NCBI GenBank assembly: GCA_002633005.1
Contig: NMRA01000051.1
Coordinates: forward strand, 62,001-126,000
DNA from: Phoronis australis
Lineage: Eukaryota > Animalia > Phoronida
Length of the DNA stretch: 64,000 bases
Direction: 5' to 3'
The notes under the pieces are model-generated. The model was not told where the DNA came from. It did no database searches and was given only the letters and a program-made list of their open reading frames with translations. This document shows, one piece after another, positions 13,362 through 26,257 of the stretch. The position numbers were made by a program, and so were the translations under genes. Every line of letters starts with the position of its first letter. Position 1 is the stretch's first letter.

Positions 13362-16300
13362 ATGGCTTCCAGGTGATGTTTGTTGCGTTTTTTAAGTATT
13401 GTAGTATTAATGGGTGGTCAGGTACGCCAATTGTTGCCACCGAGTGGCTTGTTGACGTGTCGGTGTTGACCAGGGCTGGCCGATTGGTAGACACACCCAT
13501 TTTTACAGTTTTTTAGGCGATATTTGATCACCCGAACTTAGGCTAACCATTTTAGTCAACTTATTAGATAAATGTGAGAAACGCAAAATAAATCACACCA
13601 AAACACATTACCAGCGATTATTTGCAAATTTGTCCGTGATTTCAAAGACGATGTGGCCACAACACTGAGAACACATCCAAGATGTTGTGGATACCGGAGC
13701 TGGTTTTACTTCACCGGAGTACTTGTTGTACTCTTGTTGTTTAACTATGTATTATTAAGGTTTATGGACAACAGGTCCTCTCTAGGTGCATTGTCCAAAC
13801 TGTACTACCTCTGTAGAATCAAAACATAGATGATTGACACTACTTGGTTAAAAGTCAAGTAAATGGGTTCCTACCACAGGCGTCCTCAGCTTCTGATCGT
13901 CCCCAATATACTACATATAATACTACAAGGTATGACACTCCCGACTAGAAATTCCATGGGTGCTTCACTTCAGCCGTCCATAGCAAACATAAAACTCAAT
14001 AAATTTACACAAAACAGGGGTTCAACAAACCATGAAGAATTGTTCTTTCTCCCAATACCATTCACGGTGTCCTGTTACGGCGACTTCGTAAGAAATTCGC
14101 AGTCAAAACACAAAAATGTTCACAAAAAGCCCCCACACACTTTCATCCTAGGCCCGTCGAGGTCAAGGACGGTACGGGAATTGCCGGTTTGTCACGTAAA
14201 GTCACGAATATAAGGAGAATGTCACTGAGGATGAGTGAATGCTAGGACACTTAGAGAAATGGCAAATTCGAGGATGCTTGAAGTGTTGCTGAGATCTCTA
14301 AACAAGATGGCACCGTGTTGTGCAGAGCTAGGGGAGGAAGATCATAAAGAGTAGTTTCAGCTGTTGTTATCTAATCCCGTGCATGCCTCTTGGAATTGCT
14401 CACATGCAGCAAGTGCGCTTTGGCCGACCAGTCCAGACACAAGAACGAAGCGCTGGAGACCAAGCTTGGAATCTCAGTAAACTTGCACAATTTTTAATTT
14501 TTTCAAAACTGCCATTTTAATGATTGTACGAAGACAAGTAATACCTGCATCCTTCGAGTGACCCGCGTACTTTGTTCAATAGTTTGTCTTACTTTGATTG
14601 AAGGACACTCATGCGGACCCATAATGTACCCACTCTTTCTACATAACTAGTTGGTAGAACACAGTTTATGTCTGGACTACATTTTAATGCATCTTGGGAT
14701 ATGAATTGTGTTAAGTTACCTAGGCATAGAAACACTGAACGGTTCTATGCTTGCATAGTTTTTTTTTGAAATGTTGATGAGGAAGCGAACACGGTAGAGC
14801 ATATTTTAGCGTCGTTTAACTGAAGTATGCTTACCGACCCTCAGTGAAAGTACACCAGGAGTGCAACCATACATCATTAACTTTGTTGTTTGTCCCTCAA
14901 ACAATAATTTGTATGAAAAAGATCGATTTTGGCAATTATTTTTGTCCAAAATTGTTGATATTATACCCAGATGTACAACTTTTGCTGAGTATGCTGAAAA
15001 TTCTTCAGTTTGGGACACAATGTGATGGACAAGTAAAATGTTTGTCCTTTTTGAATTTAATTTTTCACACTTGCCAACCTTCAAAATCCTTCAGTAGAGT
15101 TTACATTTGTTTGAAGTCAGGGTAACGTTCCATCAATGTGGACATTCTTAAAGGTTGTTTTCTATTTTAGTTTTGAGCCAGACCTTGAGTTGTCCGAAGT
15201 AATTACCAAGTTGTGGAAATTAGACGATAACAGATGTCAACCTGGGGTGGACTATGAAATTGATTTGCAAGGTAACAACTGCAATGTTGTGTAACACTCT
15301 GTATGACCCTGGTAACACTTTAAAAGTTTTATAAGTGGTTCCTCAACTTCGTGTGTGAAGTGAGTTTTCCTTGCAATTTTTAATGCCTTTCATAGTCTGT
15401 TTTTGTTCAGAGTTAAATTTCCCTTCTCCCCCAAGCTACGAAAAATTGTTAGCAGGTTGCAGCCACAACACTACATCTGGTGCTGAAAGCAAAACTGGGA
15501 TCAGCACCATTTTTATGCACCCATGTGTTTATATGTGGGTGCATATTGCCATCGTCTCTGTCTGGGCGTCCGGTGTTCGGCATCCACAAATCCTAAAACC
15601 CTCCTATGAAACTGACGGCAGATGACAACTAATTTCGGATGGATCCGACTGCCGGTATGCCCCCTAGTGGCAAGTTTAGTTTTTCACATTTACCTATGTA
15701 TCTTCAAAGGTCCTTAACGGATTTTCATGAAATTTGGCATATAGGCATCAGTTTGTGAGAAGACGCTATCCTCCCATTTTTGGATGGATTCGAGGTATTG
15801 TGGGCTACCTAGTGGCCATTTTTACTGTTTTCTGCCCCTCTATGAACCAAACCACTCTAAGGATGAAAGTGATATGTTCTTAGTGTGAAGAGGACTGTTG
15901 ACGGTGATTTTCCGCCAACTACGAATGTCAGTTTTGTTTTTTTTTGTGCCCATTGCTGTATTTCCTAAACTCACTGCAGGATCGATATTAAATTTTTAGC
16001 TAGTGTATTTATATGAAGTTGACAATGGACGACGACGACATTCAGATGGATCCAACGAATGCCGTGCCCCCTAGTGGCAATTTCATTTTTTCCGTTTCCT
16101 CTATTTCTCTCAAGTTTCTTGACGGATTTTTATGAAACTTGTTAAATAGCTTTCTATTAAAGAAACAATGGCATGTTCCCATTTTCAGATGGATTCAACA
16201 TATTTTGCCCAATCTAGTGGCCATTTTTATGATAAAAATATACACCCATCGAAGCACATCGTTTGCGGTGCATTCGTGGATGCATTTCAATTCTCTGCGT

Positions 16301-19300
16301 TGCTCTTGTCTTTATGATGTCATTGGAGATAGTGGGTCTTCAGACTTAAAATTTTACCCATTTCCTAAAAACAATATTTTTCTTCCTCAAAGTACATAAG
16401 TCTTACACACTATACCCATAATTGCATGTTTCTGGGGTCCTAGGTAACCTTATTGTTATTATTCCTAAACAGTGATATGTGCAATTATGTGTTGAAACCT
16501 TATACCATAGCGGCAAAGTGGTTGCATTAGGCAAAATTTCTGATTTAATCCTTTAAAATCACTTTTCATGAACAATTGTTCAAACTTCTGGTACCTAAAC
16601 CTGCCACCTACTCATCTTCCATTTGTCAAATGCTTTGGTTGTTCATCTGCATGTTCATGGGTGTGAACTTTGTAAACGACTGGTGAACAGTAAGGAGTAC
16701 AAAGTGATTGTTTCATTGGAACAAGCCTGCTTGATAAAGGTGTTTCAATGCAGGGTTTAGTCTATCTTCCTCATGGTGCTTTTTAACCAATGTACTTCTT
16801 ATCGTGTGTGCTGCCTGCAGTTGTTTGATCATTAGATGAATTTTGTTCTGATAATTATGTATAATTCTTGTGGTGTTCACACAAAACATATTGGTATATA
16901 CAGGTAGCAGTATGCCTTGTATACAAAATTCATTAAAGACCTCACTATTTTTATTTGCCAAAATTGACAACATATAGAAATGGCTGTACTGCCACAAGCA
17001 GTTTAATTACATTTAATACCAACACAAAGTTCACTATGTAACATTGTTTTCAGCAATGTTATACCAAGTGGTTATGACGTAAAATTAGTAATGTACAGTA
17101 ATTCCATGAGAACGGCCAGTTTTGTAATGCATAATAACTTGTTATGTGGAAAACGTTGTCCTTTGGCCAAATCTTTACAAGTATGAATTGATTTGTGTGA
17201 TAGGTGGATGTTCCAGTCATCATAAAAATTGAGATGCATTGGCCCGACAACAAATTGTCTTTCTTGACACCTCAGTTACTTTCGTCAAAAGGGTGCCATC
17301 CAAGACCTTTTTATGTATAGGCCCATGGCACAAAAACTATGAAGTCTCGAGTTGTACAAAATTTGTTTTTGTGAACGGAAAACATTTGAGAAATTTGGAC
17401 AAGCTTCAGTAAGTAAACTTGAGGTGCCTCCCTTCAATAATCAAAATATATATAAATAGCCATGTATTGGTCTCAGTAGCATTCGACTCTGTAGCTTTCA
17501 TGTTTGCCACCTGGCATGTCTCCATGTATATTTACACTACTAACATGATGATGTAATTGCCACATACAGGTGCACTTTTAGCTTTGTGTTGTTTTATTCA
17601 TGTCTGTCAATGGTGGTGATCATTGTACTGTTATATAACCTACTCCCCAAGAAACAGCTGTTACCTAGGCGTTACAAATGACACGAACTCAAGAGAGTTT
17701 GCTGCAAAAAATCAAGTATTTACTGAAAAATTTATGCATTATTCGAAACATTTTACCAAACATGTGCTTTGTAATGATAAACACAAACAAATTTCATGTA
17801 AACATAATATGTGAATGCTCCCTGATGATAAAAAAGCAGAGTTTGGAGGAATAGAATGCCGTTTACTAGTCAGAAAAGAATTTTTTGCAAGAAAAGAGCT
17901 ACATTGATAAGAACGATACGCTATTATTTCAAATGTCCCATGCGGGACAAGAGAGGGGAAGATTGTTTACTCCCAAAATGGTATTTTGTTCTTCAACCTG
18001 TGCTTCCTGTTGACTCAGCAATTACACATTTGATCAACAATTAGTTTATGCTATTAGAACTTTGGTCAAGAGATACTTGGTTTGAGTCTAAGCTTGTATA
18101 CTGTACTCACCAAAGATGAGACAAAGTGACTGGACAATTCCCTGTCGTGGCAGCTGAGTGAGAGTAGCTGGTCCAGGAATGAATTAATTTGGGTTTGAAA
18201 GGGGTAACTAGTCTGCATAGTGGCTTAGAATTTCATTTGCAGATGGTTTTAAATCATGGGTGCACTTCATACGCAATAGCCATTTTGAAATTGAAATTCA
18301 AGGTCAATGAAAGTAGTTCTTATTGAACCTTACTCTTAGTCATATTCTATGACTGTATTATAGCTTAACAAAGGGATTATGATTGATCTGAGAAGATAGC
18401 TGTTTTATTACCCCCTATGGATAGCTGAATAGCTGATCCTGGAATGACCATCGTGGCCATCGATGATCGGTCATTAGCCATCATGGCGGGGGAGCAGTAA
18501 TGTGTCTGTTTACTTTACGTTATGTTGAAAAACCAGAACATACCTGATCTCATTTATGTGCTCAGGCCAGGTATAATCTATAGCGATTTACTGAACTTTT
18601 CATCTTAAATGTTTGTTTTTCTTCCAGGTTATGTAACAAATTCTAGGTCAGTTGGTAGAGACTTTGCCAAAAGAAATCTGTTCTCTTTTGTCAACAAAGA
18701 AAAGATCTTTGAAAGGGACACTTACAAACGTGAGTTACTCAAAAGTCCTTGTTTATTGTCTTATAGCTGTGAGAAAGTTACTACCGTAATCGTTCGGGTT
18801 AACGCCCTGGGCGGTTAAATTGGCGAACCCAAAAAATCGGGGGTGGGCGGTTAACCAGACATGGGCGCTTAAACGTGAAATTTCAAGAAATCGGGGGGGG
18901 GNNNNNNNNNNNNNNNNNNNNNNNNNNNNNNNNNNNNNNNNNNNNNNNNNNNNNNNNNNNNNNNNNNNNNNNNNNNNNNNNNNNNNNNNNNNNNNNNNNN
19001 NNNNNNNNNNNNNNNNNNNNNNNNNNNNNNNNNNNNNNNNNNNNNNNNNNNNNNNNNNNNNNNNNNNNNNNNNNNNNNNNNNNNNNNNNNNNNNNNNNNN
19101 NNNNNNNNNNNNNNNNNNNNNNNNNNNNNNNNNNNNNNNNNNNNNNNNNNNNNNNNNNNNNNNNNNNNNNNNNNNNNNNNNNNNNNNNNNNNNNNNNNNN
19201 NNNNNNNNNNNNNNNNNNNNNNNNNNNNNNNNNNNNNNNNNNNNNNNNNNNNNNNNNNNNNNNNNNNNNNNNNNNNNNNNNNNNNNNNNNNNNNNNNNNN

Positions 19301-22025
19301 NNNNNNNNNNNNNNNNNNNNNNNNNNNNNNNNNNNNNNNNNNNNNNNNNNNNNNNNNNNNNNNNNNNNNNNNNNNNNNNNNNNNNNNNNNNNNNNNNNNN
19401 NNNNNNNNNNNNNNNNNNNNNNNNNNNNNNNNNNNNNNNNNNNNNNNNNNNNNNNNNNNNNNNNNNNNNNNNNNNNNNNNNNNNNNNNNNNNNNNNNNNN
19501 NNNNNNNNNNNNNNNNNNNNNNNNNNNNNNNNNNNNNNNNNNNNNNNNNNNNNNNNNNNNNNNNNNNNNNNNNNNNNNNNNNNNNNNNNNNNNNNNNNNN
19601 NGTGTAGACGCCAGCGCGGTTCCTAAAGTTTGCGAACATGAGAAGAAAAGAAAGTGACAAAGTGTTCAAGTATTACATTTTGAAGTTAATCGATGACCCG
19701 TTACAATAATTTGTTACTGGTATCATAATTCACATTGCTAAACCGCGGTCTCTGAGGCCGTCGTTGCACTCAATGTTATCATCGATCTTAATCTAAAAGG
19801 TCGGGGATTCGCGTTTCCTATTAGCACAGGGCGGTAATCACCAATCGGCAAAAGTAGGGGATGGGCGGTTAACCGAGCAGTGGGCGGTTAATTGGAAATC
19901 TTCAAAAATAGCAGGGGGGCGGTTAACCGAGCAGTGGGCGGTTAAATCGAAATTCACCTAAAGTAGGGGGTGGGCGGTTAACTGAGCATGGGCGTTAACC
20001 CGAACGATTACGGTATATTTCTCTCATTTTTAAAGAAGTGCATAGAAGCACGCTTATTGTTGACGTATGTTGTTCATTTTTATATGTCCACGTGAACACG
20101 TTAATTTTCGGACACTCACAGATCCAACTCTGTCTGCTATGGCAATTTACTTGGTTATATCTGTCCGTTTCCCACGTCAAGTTTTTAAACGAGTCCGCAT
20201 AAAATATTGCAACGTAATGCAAAATACTGAAACTCCGGGTGTACATTAGACAGATGAAGTGAGTTTGATTCCCCAGAGGCCATGTCAGTTAACCTGGTAG
20301 CAGATTCATTTTATTGGGAGTCAATTTTGAAGCTTCAAAACAAATTGTAATGTTTTTTTAACAGATTCACCCAAGGGTAACGCAAAAGTAGGTTTCTGAA
20401 ACCTATTTCACACCAGAAAACTGGGCCAAGGTGAGGTGTGCATGGGGTCACAGTGACTGGCATGACTGCATACTGATATTCACCTCGTGAGATGTGTCCC
20501 TTTCCATGCAGTGCTGCTCCCCAAAGTAGCAATTTTATTTTTGGATATCATCCTCTTTTTTTGAACTTTTGCAGTTATGTTTCGATTAAAAATAAATTAG
20601 CACCACCAGCTAATTTTCACGTCCCCCCTTTTGGCAGTTTTGACAATGATGTGATGCACTTAGTGATTCATGCAAGTTAAATTTTGTAGCTGTATTTTTA
20701 TCAGTAAGGAGATAAATAAATATCTCAGGAGTCATTTTAAGGGGTTAAAAGTTCTTGATCTGGTTCCTAAGTTTTGATTTCTGTAGTACAGTTATTGTTG
20801 TTCATTACAGTAGTGGCTATAATAATGAAGACCGATTGGTAATTAAACTTTAGGTTTCCGCGCCCTTCTGGATAACTATGAGAGTACGACTGGTCTTCCT
20901 GAGGTTGTGACGGATCAGGAGATTTCTGAGAACAACGCCTTTCTGGATGCCTGCATGGACACAGCTGTGATGCAGGAGGCTCATAAGTACCTTGTGTCCA
21001 AAAGGAAAGCAGCCAAAGACCCTGAGGTTTTCAAGACGGAGCTGTACAATTTGTGGTTTAATTTGTACAGACGTACGAGGGGCGACAGGTAAAGCCAAAA
21101 AGGAATTGTTTTTTCTGATGTCTGCCTGCCAAGGCCTCGTGATTTGTTTGGAAAAACTGCGCCAATGCACATATCAGCCAGGCTGGAAATGCCATGATTT
21201 CCCAAGTGTTGAGTCACAGACCATTTTTACTCATCGCAGGTAGATTTCTATTTTTGAAAAAGTGAATAACTTAAACCAATGCTGCACCATACTATTCGAT
21301 TTTCAAAAAGAAACATCCCCCAGAAGCATTGGATGTTAATCTGTATTTGGCATGTACTTGCAAGCTTATGCATACTGAAATCCCATCAGTTTCATTAATA
21401 GGTAGCTCCAAATTTCATTTTCTTTTCCAGAGATTTCGACTCATCTGGTTTTGAACATGTTTTTGTCGGTGAGACACGTGGTAAAGACGTGACTGGCTTC
21501 CATAACTGGATCCAGTTTTTTCTCCAAGAAGAGCTTGGTCACATCGACTACAAGGGATACTTCCGCCGTGAGACTGTAAGCTATTTTATAACATTTTCTC
21601 TACATTTTCTACGTTAAACACACTTCTTTATTTTTCCATCTTTAAATTTAATAGCAGAAGTTTCAAACCAAGTAAATTTAGTATTTTAATGCTTTGTTTA
21701 GAATGTCACCTTTCATAATTTTTTGAACTTTTCTGTTTTGTGTAAGCCTTTTTGTTTGTTCCAGACTGATGAAGAACACCCACGTTTCATCACTCTTCAG
21801 TTTGAGTGGAACAGTCGCGACGGGAAGAAAGGCAAGCCCATGGGAGGCTCTTTCATCGGCACGAGTCCGGAGTTTGAACTGGCTCTCTACACTATCTGCT
21901 TCCTCTTGGGCGATGGGCCAAAGATCAACTTGAAAATAGAAGATTACGAGGTTGTGCTTACGTGTTACAGGCATGGTAAAGGGTTAGGCACCAGTTATCC
22001 TACTGTGTATACACCGCGCTGGTAA
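13362..22025 (+). CDS. ENDOU: Poly(U)-specific endoribonuclease, EndoU/XendoU family, ~284 aa. Exons 13362-13372, 15171-15271, 18628-18729, 20854-21088, 21431-21575, 21765-22025
   Basis: Translation MAS|SFEPDLELSEVITKLWKLDDNRCQPGVDYEIDLQ|GYV...|FRALLDNYE...LWFNLYRR|DFDSSGFEHVFVGETRGKDVTGFHNWIQF...IDYKGY|...KGKPMGGSFIGTSPEFELALYTICFL. The EndoU catalytic His/His/Lys motifs are intact and intron phases are consistent. The 11-nt first exon (ATGGCTTCCAG|gtgatg) is the least certain part, but it supplies exactly the phase-2 junction needed. Confidence 0.92.
13875..14207 (+). mobile_element. Solo arm (truncated copy) of the same P-like MITE, in ENDOU intron 1
   Basis: Near-identical to the reverse complement of 12369-12700 and shares that arm's diagnostic variants. 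No partner TIR or TSD was found. Confidence 0.85.
15510..16310 (+). mobile_element. Helentron/HINE-like non-autonomous element with internal degenerate tandem repeats
   Basis: Starts TTTTTATGCACCCA with a nearby inverted TGGGTGCAT, then a short CTGT/CCGT-like simple-sequence stretch, repeated CCCCTAGTGGC / TTTCATGAAATTTGG / GGATCC units, and ends GTGGATGCAT...GTTGCTCTTGT. The same architecture recurs elsewhere in the window. Confidence 0.7.
18784..20013. mobile_element. Tc1/mariner-superfamily (Tc2/pogo-like) element spanning the assembly gap
   Basis: TA|CCGTAATCGTTCGGGTTAACGCCC ... GGGCGTTAACCCGAACGATTACGG|TA: perfect 24-bp TIRs with a TA target duplication. Repeated subterminal GGGCGGTTAA motifs. 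Confidence 0.85.
18902..19601. other. Assembly gap (700 N)
   Basis: Run of N. ORFs 18820, 18869 and 18875 in the track are artefacts of it. Confidence 1.
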
Positions 22026-24089
22026 TCGGATTTGAGATTGGCTAATCCATGAATGATAGTCTTGCCCTTGATAAAAATGGAATCCAAAAACAATAGGGGA
22101 AAGCAACTATTTTAATGTTATCTTTAGTAAAGTTACAGATTCTTAGATCTTGATCAGACATTTATCCATTTTAGCTAATTACTGTTCTTCTGGCATGCCA
22201 TCACTCTCCACACACGAGACAACTCCTAAGCTAACGTTTGGGGTTTGTTACCCCAACACCTCAACGAGCCTAAGCCAGACTGGCTAATCCATCCTAATCG
22301 ATTAACAAATTAATCCCTGTGGTGCTTAGCTGCGATGCTGAAGAAAACCTATTCACTAATTTCTCTGATAATGCATCAAATGTAAAATTCAAAGACAGCT
22401 ATTGTATACTTTTCAATTTTAGAAACAGTGATGTTGGTTGTATGCCTCACTTATTTTTGTTTTTCAACTTTGAAACTGGTACTCTTAATGGGCCTGTTGG
22501 TTTACGACTGCAATTTTCTCATCCAACATGTTCAGCCAAGTCCATGAATAGCGACTAGCTCAGTTTAGTCTGACAGTGCCATCAAGCCTTTGTTGTGCCG
22601 AGGAACTCGCTTGGTACTCTGGGGCAAACAGTGCACGCTTTTTCATCCACTTGCGTACAAACCCTCTTAGCCTAAGATTTGCCTATTGTAAGTGACATAT
22701 AAACCACCCAGCAAAAGGTCCGCAACTTGGCCTTTAGCTGTTACTATTTACTTCAGTTTCTGTTGTTGCATGGAGATATAGCTACACATGGTGAACAGTT
22801 GCTTTCCTCTTTAAATCTGTACTGTGATGTGATAGTTACTCATTATTCACATTTAGAATGCTATCCCCTGACCTCGCAATAAGAGTAGAATAAATGTCAC
22901 AAATAGTAATTGGACGTGGGACACTTGTGGAGTTTATGACAATTAAAGGATGAATTGTATTACTGATATGTTAGCACAGCACAGATGAACTCTTGTGATC
23001 AAGTTGGTGATGGACTATGTGTTGGTAAATTTTATCAAGAATAGGCTTTTCAACATTGTAATCAAAAGTGAGAATTGTTGCACTGTAGGAAGATGTACAT
23101 TTCACAGGATTGATGACGCAACTAAGGAGGTTTGGAGTTAGCGTAAAACTACGAGTGTGTTTCTTTTTCATTCCTGTTTCATTCAGTCAACTTTCCAATA
23201 ATTCTAGTCAACCCTCATTATGTGCAATTGACTGTTATGCTATTTAATGAACCAATCAAGGCTGTCCAGTTCCTGACATCAAAGTCTTATGTAGTGGTAT
23301 TTATGTCAAGTCAAAGTAGCAAACATTAGGTTCGGCGAGTCTTACAGCAACAAGTGAACTCCATTTGTTGTATGGCATTATTGTCCGAGACCACAGTTTA
23401 CATTTACTTTTGGATGGATCAAACTGCTGTGGGCATGTGTTGGAATTAGGTAAGATGCATCAGCGACAATCAATTTTCAGCATTGACATAATGGCCATGC
23501 AGTTATATGATTCAAAGTTCAAAATACCGCTGAAAGCACACTGTTTAATGAGAAGCCGTGGGTGCATATCGGTACTTAATGTTGCTCGTTGTGTAATTTA
23601 ACACGATATTGCAATTTGCAGTTATGACTATAAAGCAATATATTAGAATGCTCATTAAAATTCATTGACTACCTCTGATCCAGTATTAAAACTAATTACC
23701 GTAATAAGGTGATAACAATGGAGTTTACTTATTAAAACTTTGAAAGGTTGTTCACAGGCACTAACAATTGTTATAGTTTGTTCTAGTAAAACGTTAGCAC
23801 TTGTAAACTAGTAAGTTTTGCAAAATGTCTTCCAGTTTGATTGCAGTTCCTTGCCAATTAAGATTTTGTTTAGCACTGTTTTGTTGTGAATTCATTGGGC
23901 TGTATTTGGCAATTGTGAAGTACGGTTTCTAAAATTGTATAATGTTCAACAAAAAGTAAATTTTGAATGTTTTCTATTAATGGTTGGTGTATGCAATCAG
24001 AGGGTGCTAATGGTCTCGTGAAAATACAACATTTTGTGGAAGTGAACTTGTATTACGGTCACATGCAATAGAGTGCCTTTGGTGGTAGT

Positions 24090-24248
24090 TAAAGGCTACT
24101 ACAGATGGAGGGCTAGCTCAGCTGTCTACCTCACTCTTGAGTTATAACTCATAGCTCCATGCTAGTTGTACAGTTTGACGTGGATGTGAGCTATGAGCTG
24201 AGCTCATTTACTCTTGAGCAGCATAGCTCTCCATCTACTGTGGCTTTA
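24090..24248. mobile_element. Small palindromic MITE in the ENDOU 3' region
   Basis: TAAAGGCTACTACAGATGGAGGGCTA ... TAGCTCTCCATCTACTGTGGCTTTA, plus an inner CTCATAGCTC/GAGCTATGAG inverted pair. Confidence 0.55.
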
Positions 24249-24959
24249 TGCAGCATATCAAAATGATCATATTGCTCGTGAGGGAGATGTGCTTTGACTT
24301 ATTGCCCCAGTCATGCTGCAACGAGCCGTACTGCAGTGGTAACAGGATTTAAAAGAGTTGTAGCAGAGTAAAGTTTGAAACAAGAATTACTTCCTAGTTA
24401 GACAGTCAGCATTGTAATGTGCGATTACTGTACGATTTAAGTGGAACTTTTTGGTGCTCGTTTTCTCAGATGTTTTTGCTAAATCCTCCTGCCTTGTTCA
24501 CTTTCTGCATTGCTCAGACATATGAAAGCCCAAATATATGGTGCAACTTAAAGACCATGAAATGTTTGCTTTCTATGTCTAAAATCCAATTTGGGCTATC
24601 AATTGGAACGTTTTCCATGGAATTATATTTTTTTTTCTGAATAAGCGCCTTTTGCAGAGTTTTACTACCTACCACATGAGCTTTATGTTTTAACATTGAT
24701 TTTTGAAATGATTGTTTAAGAATTCATACTGTTGTTTATTGAATGTTATAACTGAATCCTTTAGCAGTTTCCAGCTAGTCATTTGATGATAGATCAGATA
24801 GGTTTACAGGTCCTTTAATAGTTAGTACGACTTTTTGTTGCAGTATATTGATTCTTAGTAATCTTTTGGTATTTTGTAACTTTAATTTTCAATAAATTTT
24901 GGTGACTAGAGTGTTGCACCCTGTGTGTGGTTTTTGCAAAGCAGCTTATACATTTTTGA

Positions 24960-25125
24960 GCCATCCAGGAATTTCATGATATATTTGACCATAAGACACA
25001 GGGAAAAGAGCTGGTTTGAGAGAGGAGTGCAGGAGGCCAGTTACATTCAAAATGTAAATCCTCCCTTTACAAGCTATAGGTGGCGCCAGAAACGAATTGT
25101 CCTCAGCATGGAATGAGAATATAGA
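24960..25125 (+). mobile_element. Penelope-like element remnant (C-terminus of the GIY-YIG endonuclease)
   Basis: Reads IRHREKSWFERGVQEASYIQNVNP and, after a frameshift, GGARNELSSAWN. This resembles the Penelope ILDRE..WFERGVKEAIYI...P.LNR.GG...LS..W/Y consensus. Confidence 0.6.
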
Positions 25126-26257
25126 CACCACTAGACAAATAAAATACCACGTTAGCTAGAGTTCCCGCCACTAACACTTTGCTTCAACCCATCGGAGGAG
25201 ACGACAGGTCTCCGAGGTACTAGAAATTTTGGTAAAAATTCAGTCCAGCAGACACGCCTTATCACTATATTATTGCCACTTATGATTATAGAATCAGCCT
25301 TGCCTAGTTCTTTACTTAGCTTAGAAGCGATTTCTGCGCTCAGGAAGAATTGGCAGTGTTGATTCTCCAAATCCAGCTCATACAATTTCAGGTATCGAGC
25401 AATAACAAGTTGTTAGTTCTTTCAAAGCCTTGACATCACCTCAAGTTTGACTGAGGACCATTTGAGACCAATTTTGTGATTTGTAACTAACCGAAATCAA
25501 AACTTTTATGACAGAATGCACAGGTTTAGTGCCACCTGTTGGACAATCAATATCAATTCTCAAGTTGACAACAAAGCACTTAAGTAAACTAACACAACTG
25601 TGTTTACATGGGTTGTAATTTTTATTAATTTTTCTCGTGAGTGAAAACTGATGGTATGAAACAAGTGGTCAAACTCAACATACAAAATGTACAAAATTAT
25701 CTTTAATGCTGGTCTTACAAAAGTAGACATCCAGAGCAATTTAATGAGGTGAAGCAGTCTTGTTAATTAAACATTTGCACAAAATGAACAATGCAGCATT
25801 TAAAGTCCAAATAAATTATAAACCATGAGTAAAATCATCCACCCAATTACTGTAGCAACATCTTCAAGTTGGATAATGCACTCTAAGTTCAGTCAACATT
25901 TACAATTTGAAAAAAAAAACGGTGTGATTTAAGTTTTGCGACCCATTAATTATGAGGGATGACAAATTTTATTAATTCTTTTCGTGAATACTTAGGAGCG
26001 ATTATATCTAGCCAGTCATTATATGTCTTTGACATACCATCAAGTGGAATCGTGACCACATGGTGCCACAAATCAATTGTACATGGTAATGAAGTAAAGT
26101 ATACCTACTTCATCGGCGATGTAACTCACCACAAATAGCACCAATTGTAATTCATTATCCTAGAGTGAAACAGTTAGCTACAAGACAGATGGGATAAACC
26201 AACCACAAAACCTATCCTGTAGACAGCAACGCTTTATGCAATCGACCCACAGAGCTG

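Noticed and set aside
13600-13830. Open frame with a hydrophobic, TM-like stretch (WFYFTGVLVVLLLFNYVLL)
   Set aside because: No upstream in-frame ATG or convincing splice sites; it lies in ENDOU intron 1.
11907-14213. Three similar ORFs (MTLPTRNS...) suggesting a small gene family
   Set aside because: They are chance reading frames in the three arms of a MITE; no splice structure or known domain.
16700-17270. Possible highly decayed reverse-transcriptase fragment on the minus strand
   Set aside because: The similarity is too vague to support without a profile search.
18820-19669. Long ORFs of 260-268 aa in the track
   Set aside because: They consist almost entirely of X from the N gap.
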